NCBI RefSeq assembly: GCF_006345805.1
Contig: NC_043020.1
Coordinates: 1,922,001-1,986,000 of the forward strand
Length of the DNA stretch: 64,000 bases
Direction of reading: 5' to 3'
Source of the DNA: Octopus sinensis
Lineage: Eukaryota
Shown: positions 56,591 through 64,000 of the stretch, in pieces
How the letters are laid out: every line of letters begins with the position of its first letter
How positions within the stretch are numbered: position 1 is the first letter of the stretch
Position numbers and translations under genes: made by a program
The notes under the pieces: generated by a model
Told to the model about the DNA's origin: nothing
Database searches by the model: none
Seen by the model: only the letters and a program-made list of their open reading frames with translations

Positions 56591-56840
56591 ATATAATATA
56601 TTTGTGTGTGTGCTTGTGTGTATGTGTGGTGTGTCTGCCTATGTACGTCATTGTCTTTGTGCCTGTGTATGTTTCCTCCACTTAACGACTAGTATTAGCT
56701 TCTTTACGTGCTCGTAACTTAGCGATTCGGCAAGAAAGACCGACAGAATAAGTTCCAGCCTTAAAAAAGATACGTTCTAACATTTCCCCAGCATGGCCGC
56801 AGTCCTATGACTGAAACAAGTCAAGGATAAAAAATAAAAT
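56290..56840 (+). mobile_element. SINE group C, old full-span copy (intronic)
   Basis: Degenerate head, SSR middle, and tail CAGCATGGCCGCAGTCCTATGACTGAAACAAGT. Confidence 0.7.
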
Positions 56841-57269
56841 AAGCTATTTATGTGGATTGGACCAACAACGTTTAAATATCTCGAATATTGACAACGTAAC
56901 ATTGATGAGTGCTTCTTCACGACAGCTTGGCCCAGTGGAATGCGCCTCGTCCGACGGCCTATTGCATGTGTATCATAGACAAGAGCTGCACTAAAACTAT
57001 ATAGCAACAAGCCGAATAATAGTGGTGCTCAGAAAGAGAATTGTAAATCTAGAGGCAACCAGGCTGGTTTGTGTCAGCGTTATGAGGAATTTTAGACTAG
57101 ACAGTGCGGAAAGAACGCTATGTCCAGACTTTAACAGTAAATCTGATAATATGAAATGCTGTGTATTGGAATGTGCAGTGTTCGGTCAGGAGGCGGGGTA
57201 TACCTGAAACAGCTGATTGGTGGTTCGATTGGCGCGGGAAACAGAACAACAGTCATCACAACGATAAAA

Positions 57270-57680
57270 ATAAGAGTCGCAGCAATAACAACTACAATAA
57301 GAACCACAGCTAAAACGACCACAGCCACCACCACCATCGCCGCCATAACAAATACAACAACAATATGGTAACAGTCGCAGCAATGACAAGTACAATAAAA
57401 ACCAGGGTTAAGACGACCACAGTTACCATCACCATGACGAAAGCAACAATAACAACCACAACAACAATGATAATAACCACAACAACTACAGCAACAACAT
57501 AACAACAAAAGCAGCAATAACCACAATAACAATAGTTACAACAACAGCAGCCACAAAAATAACAGCAAACATCAACCATAGCAAAAAAAACAACAGCAAG
57601 CACTACAACCACAACCACAACTACAACATAACCACAAAACAACAACCACGACATCGAACACACAAAGTGCCAACAACGTT
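57270..57680. repeat. Cryptic (AAC/ACC/AGC)n simple sequence next to the exon-1 donor
   Basis: Direct inspection. Confidence 0.85.
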
Positions 57681-57737
57681 CACAACTCGAATTTACAAAA
57701 TGGAAGAAAAGCAAAAATAAGAAAGTTTGATACTAAC

Positions 57738-58371
57738 ATCCTTTCCAAATTGGCTTCACTCTCTCGCGGGGTCCGTTTCTGTAGGCCGGACGACTTCTGG
57801 CTATCTTCTTCTCCCGGTTTGTTGGTATGGGCGGGAACCTTGTTGCCTGAGGGCGCTGTTTCGGTTTCCACCAAGGACGCCTCGTAGTTGTCTTTGATTC
57901 GGTCCCAATCGACCAGTTTTTGGTCGTGCTTTTGCTTCGCCCTTCTTTGTTACGATGATAATAATAATAATAGTTTTTACGCCTGTCACCACCATCATCA
58001 CCATCGTCATCGCCATCACCATCGACACCGTTCACAGCATCATCTTTGTCTATTTTCCTGGCACCGGCCGCATCGCTGTTTTTAGGGGTTGCCGTATCAT
58101 TGCTCTCGACGTTGTTGCCAACCAACCAGCTGCAATCGGCTTTCTTCGGCCAATCACACGTTTGGGTAACTGTATTGAAGTTAAGTTCAATGGGGCAGAA
58201 GAACTGGTAGAGTTTCCCGCCGGTGCAACGAATAAAAAGGTTCGATTTTGTAGGATGGCATCTATATTTCGGATCATCTTTACAAGGTAGTTTTGCAGCA
58301 TAACCTAACAGCATAGAAACCGAGGAATATACCAGATAAAACACAATCACATTCCTGATTGCCCGATTCAT
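57738..58371 (-). CDS. Chitin deacetylase-like gene, coding exon 1: signal peptide + ChtBD2 (CBM14) chitin-binding domain + low-complexity linker
   Basis: ORF starts MNRAIRNVIVFYLVYSSVSMLLGYA (basic n-region, hydrophobic h-region; A at -3 of ATG). It continues with a six-Cys module CKDDPKYRCHPTKSNLFIRCTGGKLYQFFCPIELNFNTVTQTCDWPKKADC carrying the typical C-P-x-x-L-x-F-N...C-D-W tail. The ORF stop (TGT TAG) overlaps a donor GGAT|GTTAGT at 57737, giving a phase-1 intron. Confidence 0.88.
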
Positions 58372-58619
58372 ATTCTCTTTTAGCTTTTCCTTTATTCTCT
58401 CACGTTGTCGTTCTTGTTATTCTTCTTGCTTTTGAACCTTCTTCCTCTTCTTGTTTACTATTTCTTCTTCCTTTTCTCCTTACTCTCCTTGTTTAGACCT
58501 ATATATTTCTCTCTTATACTATCTCCCTAGGTATCTCTCCTTTTCCACTCCAACAAAGCGTCGCTTTCTTTCTCCGTTCTTCTTAATCTCGTTGTATTGC
58601 ACAGGACACCAATATTTGC

Positions 58620-58627
58620 CTTATATA
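58620..58627 (-). promoter_or_regulatory. Candidate TATA box of the deacetylase gene
   Basis: TATATAAG matches TATAWAWR. A CA dinucleotide lies 29 nt downstream (A at 58598), and a purine-rich leader of about 225 nt runs to the ATG at 58371. Confidence 0.45.
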
Positions 58628-58635
58628 GAGGTAGC

Positions 58636-58654
58636 GATAGATAGATAAATAAAG

Positions 58655-58736
<82 letters not shown>

Positions 58737-58745
58737 AGAGATAGC

Positions 58746-58836
<91 letters not shown>
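58636..58836. repeat. (GATA)n array immediately upstream of the candidate TATA box
   Basis: About 200 bp, nearly perfect. Confidence 0.95.
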
Positions 58837-58837
<1 letters not shown>

Positions 58838-59518
58838 GGGAGATTTGAATAAATGAATGCACGTTAGTACATACAATCAACTTCGTTTAGATTTTGTCTA
58901 TCTTCTATGAATATCTATTAATTTCGCTGCGTATATATCTTAATGGCGTTGTACATGTACCAGTAACCTTTCCAACATATATTTGAATATATACAAATAT
59001 ATTTATAAACACTCACACACATATATATATAGATAGATATGTTTCCTTTTCTTTTCGCTTATATATATATATGTGTGTATATATATATATTCCTTTACAA
59101 TGGAACAAACATCTAACGATGAGAAGTGAGCAGTGTCTTGCAATGTCACTCGGCCAATGTCTGAATTGCAGGTTGCTAAATGTGGGGTGAGTTCACTGCT
59201 TAAATAGCTTCGGCTGGTGTGACGTCAGAGTTATTGTCCTCAGTGTTCACAGAGATTTCCAACCAGCACTCACATACACGGGCAAAGAGGGGGGAGCAAA
59301 TATCAATAAATGGGTGTATGTCCATATATGCATACACAAATTCATGCATACACATACACATACGAAGAACACACACATATATATATGCATTAATTCTTTC
59401 ACATATATACGTATATATTTGTATGTATGTGTGCGTGTATGTATATATATATTTATGTATGTATGTATGTGTGTATGTATGTATGTGTGTGTGTGTACAT
59501 TGGTATATATGCACATAC

Positions 59519-59588
<70 letters not shown>

Positions 59589-59592
59589 AATG

Positions 59593-59623
<31 letters not shown>

Positions 59624-60264
59624 TATGTATATATATATAAATGTATATATATACATACGCACATATATATACAAATATATTTGTATGTGCGTATGTGTGT
59701 AATGTGCGGACATATATATGTAGATATGTGTGTGTATAGGTGTGTGTGCGTGTGTGTGTGTGTATGCATGTGGAAGTGCAAGTCGCGAGTACCTGAGAGC
59801 AGTCCCATTCACTAAAACGACAGAAAAGACACACAGTGCAATGCGACAAGTCAACAGGTCCACCAGACGCATGGATAAATAACAAACACACACACACACG
59901 TAAATACACACAAACACAAATACACAGGTAAATACACACATGCAATGCATGCATACACTACGCACATTCACTTGGATGTATATTTTTTTGTATGTATACA
60001 TACAATATTTGTTACTTGTCCCTCGCGTATTGTCTTTTTTATGCTCATTGCCTTGTTATGATATTTACATATATATATATATATACATATACACACACAT
60101 ATATATATATACACATATATATATATATATATACATATATACACATATATACATAGACGTATAAATACACACACACATATACATATATACATTTATATAC
60201 ATTTATATATATATATATATACATATATATGTACACACACAAACATTTATATATACACACACAT

Positions 60265-60301
<37 letters not shown>

Positions 60302-60309
60302 CACACACA

Positions 60310-60354
<45 letters not shown>

Positions 60355-60520
60355 ATACGTGTGTGAGTGTGTTTGTGTGTGTGTGTATATGTGTATGCCA
60401 AATGTCAATGGTACACTTCAGAAGGTAAACGTATACATATACACACACAGACAATGGACTTAGATGTATCATTAGAAAGTCACAGACACACAGTGAAACA
60501 CACGCACACACAGACACACA

Positions 60521-60569
<49 letters not shown>

Positions 60570-60689
60570 ATATAGGAGAATAAACGTATGCACTTACATC
60601 CGTATTTGACAGTAAATCCTGCTTTAAATTGATCAGGCAAACCGAATGAAGGGCAAACAAGGAATCGCTACAGAACAAACCTTCGCCAT

Positions 60690-60768
60690 TCCTGACCCAG
60701 TGCCAACAATACCACCGCCACAACCTCCATCACCAGCGTCATCTTCGCCACCGCCGCCACCACGGGCA

Positions 60769-60840
<72 letters not shown>

Positions 60841-61924
60841 GTCATCCTCACCTCGTCATTATCATCATTATTAATTCCACCAACATCACTACCACGACTA
60901 TCAATGTTACTGCCAATACAACAGTAACCCCGACCATCATCATCATCACCAATATCATCATCGTCATCATCATTAGCATCATCATCGTCATCATCATCAT
61001 TATTATCATCATCATCACCATCGCGATCATCTTTCTTTTGTTCTTTTATTCTTATATTTGTTTCAGTCATTTGACTGCGGCGATACTGGAGCACCGCCTT
61101 TAGTCGAACAAATCGGCCCCAGGACTTATTCTTTGTAACATCATTTTTAATCATCATCATCATCATCATCACAACATTCATCTTTACTACCAACAACATC
61201 GCTACCTCTACAACCAATAATACTATAAAAATAACATCACCACCACCACCACCACCACAACCACCACTTCCAAAATCCGGACCGCTAACATAACCAACAC
61301 CGCCACCACCACCACCATCACCACCACCAACACCACTTCCAAAACCAGGACCACCAACACCGCCACCACCACCACCACCACCACCCCTACCAACCAGCCT
61401 CACCATTGCAATATTGAGGTTAAAATAGAAAAGTCAACTAAAATATAAGACAATAAAATTGCATTTAGGATAAATTAAAATATCAACAAATGATCGATCG
61501 AAATAAATTGTGGCGGAAGAAGACGAAGAACAATAAAGATCGATCGTGATTAAGAAAGGGATTTGATGTATGAATAAGGTTTATTGGTACTGCAGCCATC
61601 GTCTCTACCACCACCACCACCGCTATTACCACCATCATCCCCATTTACATCGTCACCATCACCAACATCACCACCACCACCACCACCATTATTACGACCA
61701 TCATCCCCATTTACATACTCACCATCACCATCACCACCATCACCCCCACCATCACCACCATCACCACTACTTCCTCCACCATCATCACCACCACCACCAC
61801 TGTTACCACCATCGTCTCCATTTACATACTCACCATCACCACCATCACCACCACCACCACCATCACCACCGCCGCTTCCACCACCACCACCACCATCACC
61901 ACCGCCGCTTCCACCACCAGCACC

Positions 61925-61955
<31 letters not shown>

Positions 61956-61975
61956 CCACCACCACCACCACCACT
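60690..61975. repeat. (CAT/CAC/GAT)n trinucleotide field with short higher-order units
   Basis: Direct inspection; CCATTTACAT-centred unit at 61641, 61707 and 61818. Confidence 0.9.
61042..61138 (-). mobile_element. SINE group C tail
   Basis: TTTCAGTCATTTGACTGCGGCGATACTGGAGCACCGCCTTTAGTCGA matches 62580-62630. Confidence 0.8.
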
Positions 61976-62558
61976 GTCAAATATGATGGCGGCCATGTGG
62001 CGCCAAAATACATCTAACAGAATTCAAACGATAGGACGCCGACCTGAACCCCGCACCCCCCACGAAACCCTCCACCTCCCAACACAGTAAACCAACTTAG
62101 CATATTCTATGAATTTTATTCAGTTTAATTCTGTTATGTGTTTTGTTTTGTTTTTACCGTCTCGTCTAAACCCTAATTTCCTCAAATTCTGTTTGTTTCA
62201 GCTTTTTATATTTTAATCGATAAATAAATGGCTTTGATATCAAAATAACTCTGAACTCCTGCTCCGGCCGTCCTTGCTCGCTATAATCCTCAATCATCTC
62301 GATATATTTACTCAAACGAGGAACCAAAAGCGAAAAATATCTGGGGCGGAACTTCTTTTAAATTTTTCACAATGATATAAACCAACACAATCGATGAAAT
62401 AATTCGAAAAATCTAAAGAACGAAATCCACTCTACGAAAATAGAATTATACAATATAGGAAGCATAGCTCTGTCGTTAGGTAATATGCTTCGTACCAATG
62501 TGGTTCTACGTTCGAACCTACTGCACAACTCATTAGGCGAGTGTTTACAATTTCCGTA

Positions 62559-62964
62559 TACTCTTTACTCTTTTACTTGTTTCAGTCATTTGACTGCGAC
62601 CATGCTGGAGCACCGCCTTTAGTCGAGCAAATCGACCATGCTGGAGCACCGCCTTTAGTCGAGCAAATCGACCCCGGGACTTATTCTTTGTAAGCCTAGT
62701 ACTTATTCTATCGGTAAACACACCATCATCGGTTGTCAAGGGATGGTGGGCGGACAAACACAGACACACAAACACACACACATATACATATATATACATA
62801 TATACGACAGGCTTCTTTCAGTTTCCGTCTACCAAATCCACTCACAAGGCATTGGTCGGCCCGGGGCTATAGTAGAAGACACTTGCCCAAGATGCCACGC
62901 AGTGGGACTGAACCCGGAACCATGTGGTTGGTTAGCAATCTACTTACCACACAGCCACTCCTGT
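62559..62964 (-). mobile_element. SINE group C, full length with 36-bp internal tandem duplication
   Basis: Head, CORE-like block, (TG/TA)n middle, and tail ending in (AAAAGAGT)n. Confidence 0.9.
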
Positions 62965-63532
62965 GTGGTAAGTGGAATTTGATTTAAGGAAGCTGTGCAA
63001 AAACAGATTTTGATATTTATATTTTTAGAGACAACGGCTGTGTCAGACAGTGAGTGACGAATTATGATGTCAAGCAAGGACAACTTTTTAATGCAGTGAA
63101 ACCCTGAAATCTCACTCGGTTTGGACACATTTTCTCCGGCCACAATCTCCCTGTTCCAAACCATTCTCCTGGACACAGAAGTTCGAAGTAAGTGGTGGTC
63201 AAAAACCCTGTTACGTCAATCCCAGGCATTAAGGACGGGCTGTGTTGACACCGGGGCCTTTGTACGTGTAATGAAGGACAGAGCCCCCTGGGGATTACTG
63301 AGTGCGAGAGAGTATGGCATTATAAAAAATAATTTAAACATTAAAAAGTCAGACAAGACAAGGAATACTGCGCAACTTCAGGTGAGAAATATTTGCACTA
63401 ATGCAAATTTCAAACAGCTCTCAGGACTCAAAGCCCGCTTACATGCTTATGCACGGAAAAAGTGCACCTAACAAGAGGTGTCGAGCTTTGAATAGGTGCA
63501 GGCTACCTCTGTTTACGAATATATATGTGTAT

Positions 63533-63617
63533 AAGATGGCGAGCTGGCAGAAACGTTAGCCCGCCGGGCAAAACGCTTAGCGGTATTTTGTTTGTCATAA
63601 CGTTCTGAGTTCAAATT
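63533..63617 (+). mobile_element. SINE group A head only
   Basis: GGCGAGCTGGCAGAAACGTTAGC...GTTCAAATT. Confidence 0.8.
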
Positions 63618-63717
63618 ACCTCAGCGAGATAGACGACAGGGATGTGATTTTTCGTTTCATTATGAGCATACAATGGCTACAGCAGATTATAATCTCATCA
63701 CACTCGATTATTTGACA

Positions 63718-63990
63718 GGGCTGCGTGTTGTGTTCTTGAGCAAGACACTTTATTTCACGTTGCTCCAGTTCACTCAGCTGTAGAAATGAGTTGCGACGTC
63801 ACTGGTGCCAAGCTGTATCGGCCCCTTTGCCTTTCCCTTGGATAACATCAGTAGTGCGGATAGGAGAGGCTGGTATGCATGGGTGACTGCTGGTCTTCCA
63901 TAAACAACCTTACCCGGACTTGTTACTCGGAGGGGAACTTTCTAGATGCAATCCGATGGCCAGTCATGACCGAAGGGATCTTTACCCTAA
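63718..63990 (+). mobile_element. SINE group D, 5'-truncated
   Basis: The first about 100 nt are near-identical to 26106-26200. Confidence 0.9.
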
Positions 63991-64000
63991 CCCCACAAAA

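Noticed and set aside
63121-63471. 116-aa plus-strand ORF in non-repetitive sequence
   Set aside because: No recognisable motif or supported splice structure.

Overview
AT-rich eukaryotic genomic DNA saturated with microsatellites and tRNA-head SINEs. It is most likely an Octopus (coleoid cephalopod) assembly; this is inferred from the repeat style, not from a search. There is one 100-N gap at 31900-31999. Only one protein-coding gene is supportable: a minus-strand, two-exon secreted chitin deacetylase-like gene. Exon 1 (58371-57738) encodes a signal peptide, a ChtBD2/CBM14 domain and a low-complexity linker. A phase-1 intron of 11.1 kb follows. Exon 2 (46602-45626) encodes an intact CE4/NodB catalytic domain. 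The spliced product is 536 aa, and a TATA box lies about 250 nt upstream of the ATG. The rest of the window holds four SINE groups (A-D, my labels) with swapped 3' tails and decayed non-LTR remnants (Penelope GIY-YIG, HERO-like, R4/Dong-like, RTE). It also holds an internally deleted mariner, a Tc1 5' end, hAT and other MITEs, and many SSR arrays that explain nearly all listed ORFs. The most notable non-obvious signals are two minimal type-I hammerhead-ribozyme motifs at the deacetylase locus (one sense, 1.6 kb past the stop; one antisense in the intron) and a displaced cysteine in the chitin-binding domain. All alignments and folds were done by eye, and repeat boundaries are approximate.
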